DNA of 61,151 bases, filler included, from Platydemus manokwari (GCA_037951405.1; 5 parts of 5 records of this genome joined end to end with filler, not necessarily neighbours in it), one strand, 5' to 3'. Shown: positions 12,030 through 26,209, numbered from the whole stretch's first letter. The notes: generated from the sequence alone by a model not told the origin. Program-made: numbers and translations.

Positions 12030-15000
12030 CGGTGAATGATTTTATTATCAACAGACTTTGGGAAAGCATAGTTTTCAATGAAAATATTACCAAATTCAAA
12101 TATATCGATACATTGAAGCAATTTTTTAAATTGATGACCTCAAATATTTTTTCGAGCAACATAATGAGGAATCGATTTCTAGTTGAAATACATTATAAAT
12201 TATATTAAAAATATACCGACATTAAATACCAATAACCCAAATCGAATCATGGAGAAGACATAACAGAGACATTATTATTTATAAACTAGAAAAAGTTAAA
12301 ACTAAATTTAAAAGGGTATTCAAAAAGTCATTTGTCCAATAAAATCGCTTTCTTCTTTACAAATATTGTTGCGGAACATTCGAATTTATAATTGTAAATG
12401 AAAATTGCTAAAAAAACATTCACATTTCACTACACTCACCAAGCGTTAACTATGAAATTTATTAAAATTCAATACTGCTTTAGAAATTAAACAAAGATAA
12501 CTGAAAACTAATAACAATAGAAGACAGATAATGTATGACTGTTTAAAATGATTATCTAAAATAAAACTATAACTAACAAAAATGAAAACATTAATCATAT
12601 GTAAATCTAAAAAATTTCAATGTTTTATGAAGAAATGTTTAATTTAAATGCATTATTAAATCCTTTTTCAAATGTTTAATTTCTATCTTATAATTAAATA
12701 ATTATTTCAGATATCGATTATTTAAAAAAATATTATTTTGTGGCATATGATAGTTTAAGCGAAGCGACTTGAAAAATCTGACGTATTTTTTGTGTAAAGA
12801 TGGAATAAGTGCGCCAGTGATTGAGAAGATTAACTCCATGCTTGGCACCGCAACTATGTCTCCGAGAACATAAAAGTAGAAATTTACAGCACTTAGTTGG
12901 ACAAACTCGTAGATGCGATTCGAGTAAAGAGGCGCGATTGTGTGGAAACAGTTTTGAAAAGTTCCATTTCCATCAAGTTTAACTCAAAATAAACTTGCTG
13001 AGGTCGATTTTACCGTAATAGCGTATCCACTATACCTCCCAGATATTGCTTCTTAAGACTAGTATCTGCTTCCTGCTGTGAAAAACTAACTTCGTGGGAA
13101 AAAGTATCACTCAGCTGAAGAGGTTAACGATGATTAGAAAAATGGTTCTCTTCCAAACCTGAGGAATTCTATGAAAACGGCATAAAACAACTTCAGGACG
13201 CTGTAAAAAATATGTGGACCTTAAAGGTGACTTGTTTTCATAATTTCAGATTTGTTTTTATTTCTCAATTTACATATTGTCTTTATTAGTTAAATAAATA
13301 TTATTTTCTATCGGACAATACATTCGTTCCAATCGTACATTATGACAACAAATTAATAAATAATTCATAAGATATAAAAATAAATAAATTTATAATAAGA
13401 TAATATGGAAACCTTTTCATAGTATTCTGTATTTCTTATACCGGAATCAATATCAATTAACGAATCCAACGGATATCTTAGCATGACACCGTCTGGAAAA
13501 TCGATTTTGTCTTTCAGAATTTTGTAGTGATCATATGGTGGGTTATATTTATAAGTATAATCATAAGGGATTGGAATTGAGTCTGAAATATTTTTCAATT
13601 CTGACATATAAATAGTGAAATCCGCATTATATGGGAGGTCAAAGAAATGAATTAAAACTGGTATGATTAAAAGCACTTCTTTCAGTAAGCCAATATTGAA
13701 AACTGAGTTTTCGATGTTCTTAAATAATAAGCTAGGACCACATGAACCTGAAACAGTCAAACTTCAGATCATAATTAATATATTATATATACATATATAT
13801 ATCATTGATTTATTAAGTCTGACCTTAAGAAATAAAATTCTCAGAGAAACGTAAAGTGCTAATAAAACAAAATTGTGATAATGTTTACTGCTTAAACATT
13901 TTGGTTTACTTTTGGAAAATTTCTAGTTATAGAAAATTGAAAATAAATAAATACAAGTAAATATAATAACAACTAAATATAATTATAAACTTAACAATAA
14001 GCTAGTAAAATAAATGGTTATAAAATATATCTATTAGGCATCAGTGGTTCCCTAGAAAATGTATGGCCAATATCTCCTGATTCTCTTGTCAAATTATCAA
14101 TACCAGTGCGTGCAACACATCCACACAAATCGATACTCAATACATACACGAGTAACTCAGGTCATAATCTAAATCAAGTTTGCCCAGTGCGAGAAAAAAT
14201 CTGTCCCAGTAATTCATTTAAGAATATAGACAATATTTCTCTCGTTAAGAATCAGACAAACTTCACTGAAATAGATTAGAGACAGAGTTACCCGTGAACT
14301 GTGTATGTTTCAGATAATAATAACAGTTATTAAAAATTTTGGGTTTCAAAGTTTTAACTTCTATAATTTTAAATTGAGTTTTTTGAATATTGATTAATAA
14401 CTGTCTTAAGCAGAATAATTTCGATAAGAATCCTTTGAAATGTTCACAAGGCAATATAAAAATAATGGTCAACAAATCTATCTATTTTTCTAAAAAGAAA
14501 GATATTTCAAATTACTTACTAAATCTTGATTTTATAGTTCCTGTTCGATTGAGAACTGATATATAATATTTGTTGATTTCCTTCAACAATTCCAAACCTG
14601 TATTTTCAGTTAACATAGATAAATCGCCTGTTGTCATTAGATAATGTTTCAATGTCAATGCCACCATCCCAGTAGGGAAATGTACATTTTTACAGTACCT
14701 CTTAGGACACAATTCATCACCTGAAACCGGAACAACGATTTAATTAAAACCAAAGCGGAAATAATGAAAAATAATTTCTTAAGATTAGCAGAAATAAAAA
14801 GGTAAAAATGAAATGTAAAAATGTTACTGCAAAAATAACAGTTTTAATTTCTCATTAAAAATAAACAATAAACTCAAAAAAATCAAATAGAGTCGACATT
14901 CAACATTAAAAATATCAGGGAATCTTTTATTGCTAGGGTTTCTACAATCCCCAAATGTCTTCGTAGTAATCAAAGAAAGTATTTTTAATACAAAAGTCTA

Positions 15001-18000
15001 AATTTTTATTTTGGATTACGAGCATTTCAGTTTTATGTCTTCTCAACAAAGGTTTTCTGAATTGACCTGTTATCTGAAATAAATCTGAAATTTTAATGGT
15101 TTTCTGCAATTTAGATTGCAATTTATTGAATAAATGTAATTCTAGTAAAAATAGTTTTAACCTTTTCCTAACCACCACATTTTCCCAATGTTAAAAAAAA
15201 TAAAAAGCTCATTTGATTGGTTTTCTTTATTATTTTTCTTATAAAAAACTCCTCCTAAACACCAATTTCTCTCAACCGACACATTTTTCCAATTCCTCAA
15301 AAGTGGCGGTTAGGAGGAGGAATACTGTATTATGAAACTTAAAAATGATAACTTTTAGCTCTTTTGAAAGTAAAATTAATGTTTCTGCACCTTATTAGAT
15401 TATTTGATGCAATAAATCTCTGTTTTATTTCACTTATAAACTAAAGGGTTCGTTCTGTACTTAGCCTTCCATTTGGAGCAAACCAATCCAGAATTCAATG
15501 AATTTCGCTTATAAATAAACTATAAATTTGAAAGTCGATCTTTTATCTTTAAAATTTATTTCCTAGTCAAATAACAGACATTCACAAAAACCTGACTCAC
15601 TATTGTATTAAAATAGTGTTCTAAATACTGAGCTCATATCGAAAATAAGCCAAGAGCAACTCTTTACACAACACTTGTAATACGATATACCTTTTCAAAA
15701 TGATTATCAAGATAAAATTTTTTTCTTATTATTCTTCAAAAATTGAAAGCATATTATTATTATTATTATTAACAAGAGATGATTATTTTCAATTAAACAT
15801 TCCAAAACACATTTATAAACCGCCTCATTTTTCTCGTGAAATGTATTGATTACTAAGAATAAAATTTCCAATTAACATTAAACCATAAATAATAGATAAA
15901 TATAATAATACGATAATATATTAAATAAATTAATAATATAATTCAAACTATAAACCTAATTCATTAGTCAATGCCGGAAATCGTGCACCACTATAATCAA
16001 ATTTCAAAGCATTCGTTTTAGCATTACTAAGTTGCTTCATTCGGGTTTTCAGCATCGATTTTACTGATTCTGGTCTCATAATATTTTGAAAACCCATCAT
16101 CCATAGTTCTTGGCTATATTCTATTTTCCCATTACAATTGTTTATCTGTAACGAAAAAATTAAATAACTGATTATCAAAATAGACAACAGATCTAAAAGA
16201 AAAAAACTATAAAAATACAAGTGATGGAGCTCTTAGATTCGAAGGTACTCCCAATCCACAAGACCCCATCGATCCATATTCATCATTTCTTCCGAAACTC
16301 GGTGAATTCGACATTAGGAGATATTGTGCCGATATTAAAGGAATATCAATTTCATCGTCGATTTTAATAAATAATCCACTGAAAGACCAAATATCTTTCC
16401 AGGTATTGGTATGATTTCGGTATAAAACATTGTCACGTTCCAATAATTCAACACCTTGAGATTATAAATAAAATTTGAGTAACATTTCTGATTGCACACA
16501 ACTACCATCGTATAAGATAAAAAAAATAATGATTGATGAAAGTAATAATATATGTATAATTTTTCAATAAATTTCTTTTTCCCGAAAATAATGGCTTTTT
16601 ATTCATTTCACTAATTTTAATCAAGGACACCATGTGTGTAACCTTTTAACATCATAGTAAAAAGAAAATTAATTTTAATTTCAAAACACAGTTATATATT
16701 ATGAAAATAATTATTTTTAAAATAATAATAATAGATTTGTTGAATACATCTTGGCGTTGACCAAAATATTTAGTATAATACATAATTGACTTTCATGGTA
16801 CACTGAAGAAATATAATTCATATAGTTATTAGCAATGTAAATCGTTTTATTTATTATTCATAACTATTGACCATAACTGAAGGGTTATATATATATACCA
16901 AGTGACTTCCATTTATCAAAATATTAAATATACAATGGCTAATTAACGAATTATAAATTATTATAATTATAAAATACATTTCGAAATTTATTTGTGATTT
17001 ATCAATATTTTATATACCACATCTTATCTATGATAACTCAGAAGTACTTTGTGGCGAATATGTTATACTAAATTCCAGTACAAATATTTAGTGTTTAGTA
17101 TTTTTTTTCTGGAAAATATATGAAAAAAATATCACGATTATTTATTTATTTGGTAATATTACAAAACCTTACCAAGTTTAAAATCCTTTTCAGCAATATT
17201 TTGATTTTCATTTATCGAAAGTATATAATAAAATTTCTGAATAGACTTTGAGTAATGGACTAATATTTCCGAAGGTACATTATGGTGGTAGGCGTACACG
17301 GTTTGATCATGATTACTTTGATCATTTTTATGAGTTTTACCGACCACAGATCTATATTAATAAGACCATTAAATAAATATATGAATATTACAATATGCAT
17401 ATATAAAGAATAATTATTATTTCTAAATCTCCAACCCTGAAGCTAGCCTAATAAATCTAACAACATATTTATGAAGAATAAATAAGATATTGAAAAAACA
17501 AGATTAACCCAAAGTGGAATAGTAAGAGAAGATGGACAAGGAATTATCAATGCACTTCGACAACCGTTAACTCAATTGGGAGAATAAATGAAGTGATTAA
17601 ATAAACGGGATAGTAGAGATTATTAAGAAATTCAAATCTGATTGGAAAAGGTCATTTAAGGAGATATTCGAATATGTCCCATTTTTGGTCTTTAAACGAA
17701 AAACAGAAAATATTTTTCCTAATTCTAAATGTAGAAATGATAAATGTTCTGGAGTATGGGACAATTCTTATGATCATTGATCTTGGGAATATGTACTACT
17801 GTGTGAAATTGGAAGAATGACCTAAAATTAAAACAGACTTTATATAAAAGATGACCATTTTTGATTTAAACACTTGACTTTTGGAATTATAGCTATTTTA
17901 GCTGCATGTCAGAAGATTTAGCTGTTGTTTATTTAGATCTAACCAAATGTTTAAAAGAGACAATAAATAGCGTGATGAAATACTATAAAAAGTTTTTAAC

Positions 18001-19665
18001 GATGTTTGTGAATTAGGACCTACGAAAAGTGCAAAAAATCAATATCGTCTCGATAAAAAACAAATTTTTTACGCTATATGATATCAAGGATCATTTAGTA
18101 CAGATGGCGATAAGGACCATGTACGAATTTTGAAAAATTCATAAGGATTATCTCATTATCATAGAAAATTTGTAAAATATTAAAATGAATTTCGGATCTA
18201 TTTTATTTCAAAAGGATGACAGTTATTGAAAATTATTGGTCATATGTCGAAATCTATAGATAGTGCAGAACCAGAAACGAACACAACACTTAAAACATTA
18301 CATATGAAAAGATTCACCTTGAGAACAGATCACAAAGCTATTTTTTATTATAACGAAGAAACCAATAACTATTTTGAAATTTTATCAATTATTTATTAGG
18401 CTAGACTTTGTATCTCCATAAAGGAGTGAACGTATTATATGCCCTATGGTATATTAAAAGCCAAAAATGCAAGAATATTAACTTTATTATTCTGATTTTT
18501 TTTATCATCAAAAGGTTGGATGTCAGTTTCGATTTATCTGTGATAGATATTAAGTCGAGAAGTATGGAGGACACAACGGATGCATCATAACAGTTTATGA
18601 TTAATACAACAATGATTCTCAAATGCATAGTGCTTGTTTTCCGAAATCCTTGTTTTTAAACTGCACAAGCACATTTAAAAGGCGAAAATTATGAAATTAT
18701 GAAAACAAATTACAAATACTACAACTATTCAAGGTAGAATAAAAGTTCAGCATAAAATCTATTTCAGAACTATAAATGACGAAATATTATGAAATTCATT
18801 TTCTATCAAAAATTCTTGAGAATTTAGATGAATTTAATATAACATTAAGATCAAAAAGCACAGATAAATTGATGAATACATAAAAACTGGTCCAAAATAC
18901 TTATCTAATCATGAGAACATAATGTCAATAAACAACATTAGATGATAAAGAGACTCAACATTTTTATTATATATGAAACGTTAAGATTACAGTATGATAG
19001 ATGGTTGAAAAATAAGTTGTCAGAATTATATACTAAAAAATATAAAATAAGTTCAATACAACTTGATTAACAATGAATCGAAGAATGGCTAATTGTAATA
19101 ATAAACATATTTTCGGAATTTATAATGTTTAAAATAAGTTTTCAAAATGATTATAAATATAATATAAACAAATATAAATTTACAACTCAAATGAAAGAGC
19201 AAAAGACATTTTCCATGATTCCAAAAATGTATCCAAAAGTGTTTCTGCTTGATATCACAAAATCATATTTAATGTGATTCTCAACCAATTTACATTTGAT
19301 GTATCGGCTTTTAGTTTTGGACTAACATAATGTTAATAAAACCGAAATCCTTATATAATCCGCATTTCATGTATATTTTTAAAAGAGAATATCAATTTTA
19401 AACATCATTGATAATGGTCAAAAATTATGAAAAATATTGGTTTAACAAATCGTTTCAAAATAAATATTAAACATAAAATAATGAAGATAATTTCGCACCT
19501 AATTTTGGAATTTTTACTATCCAGTGAACGAAATTGCATATTGAAACTCACATCTCGTTTCGATTCCTTCGGTAGGCTTAACTTAACGCTTGACATGTGA
19601 GAATTGAAGAATTCAACTTCGATTTCATGGACAAGTAAACTTTTAATGGTCTGATGGGCATAGAT
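12030..19665 (-). CDS. Glycoside hydrolase family 65, PGGHG/ATHL1-like protein, catalytically degenerate and 5'-incomplete. Exons 19665-19499, 17351-17173, 16454-16219, 16145-15956, 14720-14516, 13761-13413, 12285-12217, 12178-~12030
   Basis: Exons join in phase and follow PGGHG motif order: IYAHQ; GKT; LYRNHTNTWKDIW..SGL; QYLLMS; QELWM; NALKFDYSGARFP; GDELCP; YLMTTGD...GLELL; NIENSVF; IPIPYD..YNPPYDHY; DGVMLRYP; RNTEYYEK; VMSSP*FDLGY; FIEN. In-frame TGA at 12247-12249 and 12140-12142. The 3' end is uncertain. Confidence 0.85.
12740..13340 (+). mobile_element. Mariner (DD34D) transposase remnant inside a GH65 intron
   Basis: Broken frames reading LDKLVDAIRVKRR, YPLYLPDIAS*D (YSPDLAPSD motif), LRGKKY, WFSSKPEEFYENGIKQL, VDLKGD; stops and frameshifts present. 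Confidence 0.85.
14930..15330 (-). mobile_element. Short Tigger/pogo-like DNA transposon derivative in a GH65 intron
   Basis: Ends ...GGAATACTGTA (TA+CAGT-type terminus); subterminal inverted repeat CTCCTCCTAA...TTAGGAGGAG; QKTIKISDLF resembles Tigger transposase C-termini. Confidence 0.4.
17400..19100 (+). mobile_element. Gypsy/Ty3 pol remnant (RT-RNase H) inside a GH65 intron
   Basis: FTLRTDHKAI RNase H motif at ~18313-18342; degraded RT segments upstream; many stops and frameshifts. Confidence 0.7.
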
Positions 19666-20289
19666 CTAACAATGAGTAATTTGTTTTAAATAATGAATCT
19701 AAAGTCGAGAAGAAACATGAATTAAATATCGCAATGCTTCCGAGTATTTACAAAAACCCAATAAAAATCTTAATGATTCTCACAAAATCGCACAATGTAA
19801 AAAAATATTATTTATACGATTTTTATATTTAAAAATATTATTATAATTAATTGTTATCATCCATGTTGATTTTCATCTTTTTTATATTAATAATACTATT
19901 TATATTAATTATAATAAATTTTTGTGTCATTTATAATAAATAAAGTTCAGATATTATTTTATACACCAAAATTAAGTAACTAAATTACCTATAAAAATAA
20001 TAATAATGTTAATTTTTTANNNNNNNNNNNNNNNNNNNNNNNNNNNNNNNNNNNNNNNNNNNNTTAATTAATTAANNNNNNNNNNNNNNNNNNNNNNNNN
20101 NNNNNNNNNNNNNNNNNNNATTTAATATATTCAGATTTATTTAGTAATACTTTAGAGAAAGAAGACTTTACTTTTATTACAAATAAACAATGGAATACGA
20201 AATATAAATATATAGCATTTGATAGGGGGAAGATCAAATCCTTGATGACGTGTTTATGATTTATGAAGAACAAAACGTATAAAAAATAA

Positions 20290-22740
20290 ATATTAAAAAA
20301 ATACTATAAAAAATGTCCGAAAAATATTTAATAATTAATGCAGCTGAATTAATTAAGATATTAGAAAAGATATAAGAAAATTTTAATAAATTCAGTTGTA
20401 GATTTCTAATAGAGGATAAAATAAAGATTGATAAATTACATCCGTTAATAATAGGTTGCGGGGTTACTTTTTATATATTAAATCAGTTATTTAAATGTTT
20501 TACATCTAGTTTAAAAAATAATGATATAGTTCTAATAAATTATAAAAACAGATCTATCTATTTGACTGTATACAATAATTTTGTAGTTAAAAGTTTTAGC
20601 GTCTATGCTGTTGTTATACAAAGATCTGATAAATTTACTTATCCGTAGGTATTTATATTAAAAGATAAAGTATTTTCAACAAAAACTAGGAAAGTCATGA
20701 ATCATGATCATTTCAGTGGAAAATACAGAGGAGCTGCATGTAACAGCTGTAACTTAAATGATAAATCAATCCGTATCTTCTTTATCCCCCTGTTATTTTC
20801 ATAATGGAAGTAATTATGATTTTCATCTGTTTTTTAACGAGATAATAAAAATTGCTCCACAAAATGCTAACAACGATAAAACTTTAGTAAATACAGATGA
20901 AAAATATATTTCCTTCTAGTATAAAAACATTAGATTCTTAGATTCATTGAGATTGGGGGACCATCAATTTCTGTTGAAAAGACAGGAGATATTTAAAATA
21001 AAGTAAATGCCAAATCTTAAATAAATTTAAATTGAAACCTAAAAAGCAAATATTCCCTTATGAATATGTTAAAAGTGATGCTTTCATAGAAGTCGATGGT
21101 TTATTAAATATTAAAGAATTTCCAAGTATCGATAAATTTTACTCGAAATCCAAAGGTAAAGGAATATAATTAGATTTACAAGATTATAAAGATTTGAAAT
21201 TAGACATTTTAATGTTGGCTGATTATCTAGAAAATATGAGAGACAATTGTATCCAATATTATCAAATCGATCCATGTTATTGTTATTCTGCACCAGGATT
21301 AAGTTGGGATACGGGATTGAAATATTCAGGAATAAAATTACAATATTATAAAGAATAACATATTATAAGTTATAATTTTTCGAAGAAGGAGTTCGTGATA
21401 GATTTTCAGGAGTAACTGGAGATAGAGCTCTTTATTTAAACAATGAGAAAGCAAATGAAGGATTTAAAATCATAGATCAAAGTGAAGCTAATAAATTAAT
21501 TGAGATTATGAATAAAGGGGAAACAATACCTGAAAATACATTGAAAGAAACACATTTAAAATATTTAGATGCAAACCCTTTGTATTCAAGTTGTATGGAT
21601 AAATCTTTACCATATGGAGATATGCAATGGAGTGACGAGATAAGTTATGAAAGAACAGAACCATTTCAAGATGTTTGTGATGAGAAAGGAAGGTTAAAAA
21701 TCCAGAAACAATTTGTGTATGAGATGAATTTAAAATATCCTGTAGAACTTCATGAAAGGACTAAATACTTTCCATTAGCTCCTCATAAAGTTAAAGTTAA
21801 ACACGACATGTTGACTCCTTATCAACAAAGTTTAAAACCGGATAAAAACTTCACAGATAAACTAATGTTAGCTCATTTAGATAAAAATAAATATATGATG
21901 CTTTAGATTTTTATTTAGATCAAGGAATGATATTAAAAAAAAGTTTCATAAAACATTCATTATGAAAAGTAAATGCTGGTTAAGAAGTTATGTGGATTTC
22001 AATATTCAACAAAGGAGTATTGCCAAACAAAATAAAGATGATATAGGAATTGAGTTGTTAAAATTATTACATGTGAAAATAGTTAATAATGCAAAAGATC
22101 ATCAACTACTTACATCAAAAATAACTTTTAATTATTCGAAAATATTCACTGAGGATGTTATTGCTGTACATATGTTACAATCAATTATTATGTGTGATAA
22201 ATTTAATTTTATTGGATTTACAATATTGGGATATGCTAAATTATGCTAAAAATATGCAAAATATGTATTTCTTCATATATAATAGTTTAGAAAAGTATTT
22301 ACCTGGAAAATATAAAATACATTACAGTGATACTGATAGTAGGTTTATAGAGTTTATATTAGATGAAGGAGAAACTTTAAATGATGTTATGGAGAAAATT
22401 AAAACTTTTATTGGTGATGCTACATTCCAATTTAAAGATGAAAAACCAGATGAAAATATTATTAAAGCTTATTTTATTAAACCTAAGCTTGATAGCATAA
22501 TCACATGTTAGTCTGATTTTAAAAGAATTAAAGGTGTCAACAGAAACAATAATATTTATGAAGACTATTTAAAAAAATTATTTCTAATAATGCGATTATT
22601 AAATATAAGAATAAAGGACTCACATCCGATAAATATAAAATTTATTATTATGCACAGTTAAAGGATGCAGTATCCCCATTCGATGAAAAAGCTTGGATTA
22701 AAGATGATGGGATAAAAACTAAACCTTGGTCTAATCACTG
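20290..22740 (+). mobile_element. Polinton/Maverick (adintovirus-like) protein-primed DNA polymerase B pseudogene
   Basis: Fragments NHDHFSGKYRGAACNSCNL, FHNGSNYDFH, RFLDS, FPYEYV, YSAPGLSWD, YLDANPLYSSCM..LP, HYSDTDS, SPFDEKAWI in shifting frames. Confidence 0.9.
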
Positions 22741-23260
22741 TAAATTATTATTTACAATCTCTGTCTCTTTATCATATTCAATTTTAAAATTTTCTACTTG
22801 ATTATTTATTATTTTTAAAATAATGTTATTACTTTTTCTTATGTTTTCTCTTGCTTCTAATGGTTGAAGATTCTTCCAATTGAAACATTTATAAATATTT
22901 TGTTCGTTGGTAAAATCAAATTTACTTACAGGTAAAACGTGATCGATTTCCCAATAACTTCCATAATTATCCCAAGACATATTTTCATTAAATTGATATT
23001 CGAACCATTTCTCTAATTTATCAATTGAACAACCTAAATATTGCACTGATATTTCAAATTAATTATCCTTTAAATGAATTCCGAATATTGTTTGATATAC
23101 TTTTTCTAAATTAATATTGTGGATCAGTTTGGTATCTATTGTTCTGATATTCAACTTGTTTTTTATGAAGACATGTTTTACATTGGTTTCTGCCCGGGTA
23201 AAAGTTATAAATATTTTTAATACAAAAACAATAACTACATTTTTTACATATATCTTCATA
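22735..23260 (-). pseudogene. HNH endonuclease of the type common in NCLDVs and phages; 5' part disrupted
   Basis: LGCS...WFEYQF...MSWDNYGSYWEIDHVLPVSKFD...CFNWKNLQPL...ENIRKSN; upstream NQCKTC and RYQTDPQY interrupted by TAA. Confidence 0.8.
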
Positions 23261-23359
23261 CATTTTTTAAGATGAAATTTATAGCTTTTTTAACTCCTCC
23301 TGATATTTCTGTTTCAACTCTCTAACGTGTTCTTTCTTAACTTCCTTCTTGAATTTAAT

Positions 23360-24250
23360 TTCTAATTTGATATTGCTATACTTACTCTTAAGTACTTAAG
23401 CACAAGGTCAACAGCATATGTCAGGTAGGCGATTTTATTAATTACCAATAATAAGCGACCCATTCGGTTTTGATCCATTTTTACAAGAATTGGGTTCATT
23501 GAAATTTTAATTAACAACATTAATATTAGGTTATTTTGACTAACCCCACGTTTCATTTCAATCGGACATGTCTCATAATCTCCACATTTGAATGTAGCCC
23601 AGAAGTTGTTTTACAGGCATTTGACCATTTTATAGCATTTTCATCTAGGCCCATATTTTCCAATATCTCTGTCATTGCTGTGATGTTCATCGAAGGAAAG
23701 GCCTTCTCAACGTCCATGAATGAGATGTGAATGTCATCTCTTCCTTTCCTTGGGTAGTTTTCTAACAGAGCTCGAAGAATGAAGTTGTGCTCCGTGCACC
23801 CACCAGTTGGCCCCAGACTCTTTTGCAATGGATGAATTAGGTTGTTCTCATCGATCCAACTCCGAAGTTGTTGGCATACGATTGTTGTTAGTATTTGTTA
23901 CAACAATTGACGAGTGCGATCAGTCTCCATGATTCGACTCTGTCACATTCACCCTCTTTCATTGGTTTGGGGATCATTATCGTAGAATTTGTTTTCCATT
24001 CTTCAGGAATTTCTTTTAGCCCCATGCACTTGTCAAATAGTACTTTCAATAATTCACAATTTGGCTCGGCATAGGATATATCCTTGTATCCGATATTGTT
24101 CCTTACCGGAGCTGTTGGATCCTTTTGCTGTAAAGTTTTATATATTATTTCAATTTCGATAGTTTGAATTACATTGCATTACACAAGGTCTAATACATTC
24201 TGTTAATTTCATTGGATCGACTTGTTTGTTTCGGTAATGTATTTCGAAGT
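23360..24250 (-). mobile_element. Non-LTR retrotransposon reverse transcriptase remnant (RLE clades, R2/NeSL-like)
   Basis: IPEEWK...IMIPK...SWRLIAL, LIHPLQK...GCTEHNFIL...FMDVEKAFPSM, KRGVSQ; frameshifted. Confidence 0.85.
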
Positions 24251-26209
24251 CCTCCTTTTATGGCTAAGTATTAGCATGAGTAGATTTGTAAATATTCCAA
24301 AAGCAGCTAATGGGGCGATATTGAACGGATTTCGAAGCTCCGTGTTTGTTTTCCCCCTTTCCATTTCATTGTTGCTTTACCGAGTAATGAATGCCCTGGT
24401 AGTCTAATCACTGTCATAGTTCTGATAAATTTACAGATGCTTTTGTAAGTCTCATTTAATGAATCTTTTCCAAGTTATTTGCCAGACTGTTAGTCAGATT
24501 TTTCCTAATCTGAATTGTATCTTTTGGAACATCTTTAGGAATAGCTAGGAGTTGTTCATCCTTCATTGTTCGTTTTTGATTATTGATAATCGCTTGATCG
24601 AATTAATTTCTCGATTGTGAATTTTTACAAATTTTACAAATGTCAATTCATGTTAGATCATTTTTGCTTTATTTTCGTTATCGAGTTAAATTTTGTTAAA
24701 CAAGCATTATTAAAATTAGTTTAAGATATGTTCTTTGCACACAGTGAATGCATTCCGCATGATATTTTATTAAAAACTAAGGATTCATTGCACAATTGAT
24801 AAAATTCACAAAATCCATCTAATTATTTTTAATAATTAACATAATTCATTTTACAATTGATAATGTGGGATTTTTTCTATCAATTAAACCTATATCTAGA
24901 CTAAAGATGTAATATCTAAAGTAAATTCTACAACAGATGAAAGCCAAAGATCAAATTCATTCTGATAATTTTCAAGCCAGGTTTTGAAATATTTTTTACC
25001 CGAACTTTATATAGCATACGATTTCAAATCTATTCTACATTATATTATCTTCCGAACTCATTAATGAATCACTAAATAAGTTCTCAGTTGGTTTCAACCG
25101 ATCTTTTATTTTAATTATTATAAAATTGCTAACTGAACATTGTATATTTTGCTTCATTCAGAAATAACTTACTAAACTGTTAAGTATTAATTCCGTTGAA
25201 TTCAATAATGAAACCAAAGTCCAAAGTTTGAAGTTTTTATATGATTAAAATGAATTGATTTTGTTTGGTTTTCGCAAAAAACAGTCTAAATGAATGATAT
25301 TAAATACCCCGGACTAAACATAACTCGAATACCATTAAATCTTAGTATCTAATATTTACAGATACATAAGTATTAGACGAATCACAGCATTGGACAATTT
25401 TTAAAGAATTAATAGATTTTAAAATCACAAATCTAAATTATTTCGTATCATCATATATATGTTGCATAACAAATGGTCTTTTTGATAAATTAATAACTGT
25501 TAGTTTTTTTGAACGCAAAAATGTGTCTAGAGATATAATCTCATCAAATAATCGATTAATAAAAATAATATTAATTACTAAGGTTCACGTTTTCATTGAA
25601 TCTTTATTGCCAACAAACACTGAGAAAGTTCAAATCGTCTAGCAATCCAATCTTGCAGTTTTTAATGTCAAACAATTTTCAAATGCAGATATATTTCCAA
25701 AGTAAAGTGTGGAAATTATTAAGATTGAAACAAATCTTAACGGAAACCTATATTAACACCTAGTTACAGAAAATGGAAATTTTATTAATATATCAAGCGC
25801 ACATGTAAAGGATTTTCGTAATTAATACATACATTTGTTTTAAAAAGCTTTCATTTAAAAGAGATCTGAAAATCCAACACATGATAGAACCTCGTATTTA
25901 ATATTTAAAGTGGCCGAGAGCCTAAATCATAAACCAAAACCATTTCCAGATACATAAAATGTGATAACGAAATTTCTTAAAAATTTTAATTTTTTCCAAA
26001 AACTTGTTAGTAGTAAATCACAAAATTGTTATTTTTTTGTACACACGAGAAACTTTACAAAATAAAAAAATTAAAAAATGCACTGGTTTTGATAGTAATT
26101 ATCAAACATCAACATCGTCATCATCATCATCATTTCATTGTCACCAATACACACACACACAGACATTCTCCATACATGCCATATCATGTAGGTCCATCAG
26201 TAAATATAA

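Noticed and set aside
16506-16655. Apparent signal-anchor exons (KIIHILLLSSIIIFFILYDG) with two more TGAs upstream of GH65 exon 16454
   Set aside because: Exons 17351-17173 and 19665-19499 match PGGHG and splice in phase, so this stretch is intronic. It is not counted as TGA evidence and shows that AT-rich DNA can mimic such exons.
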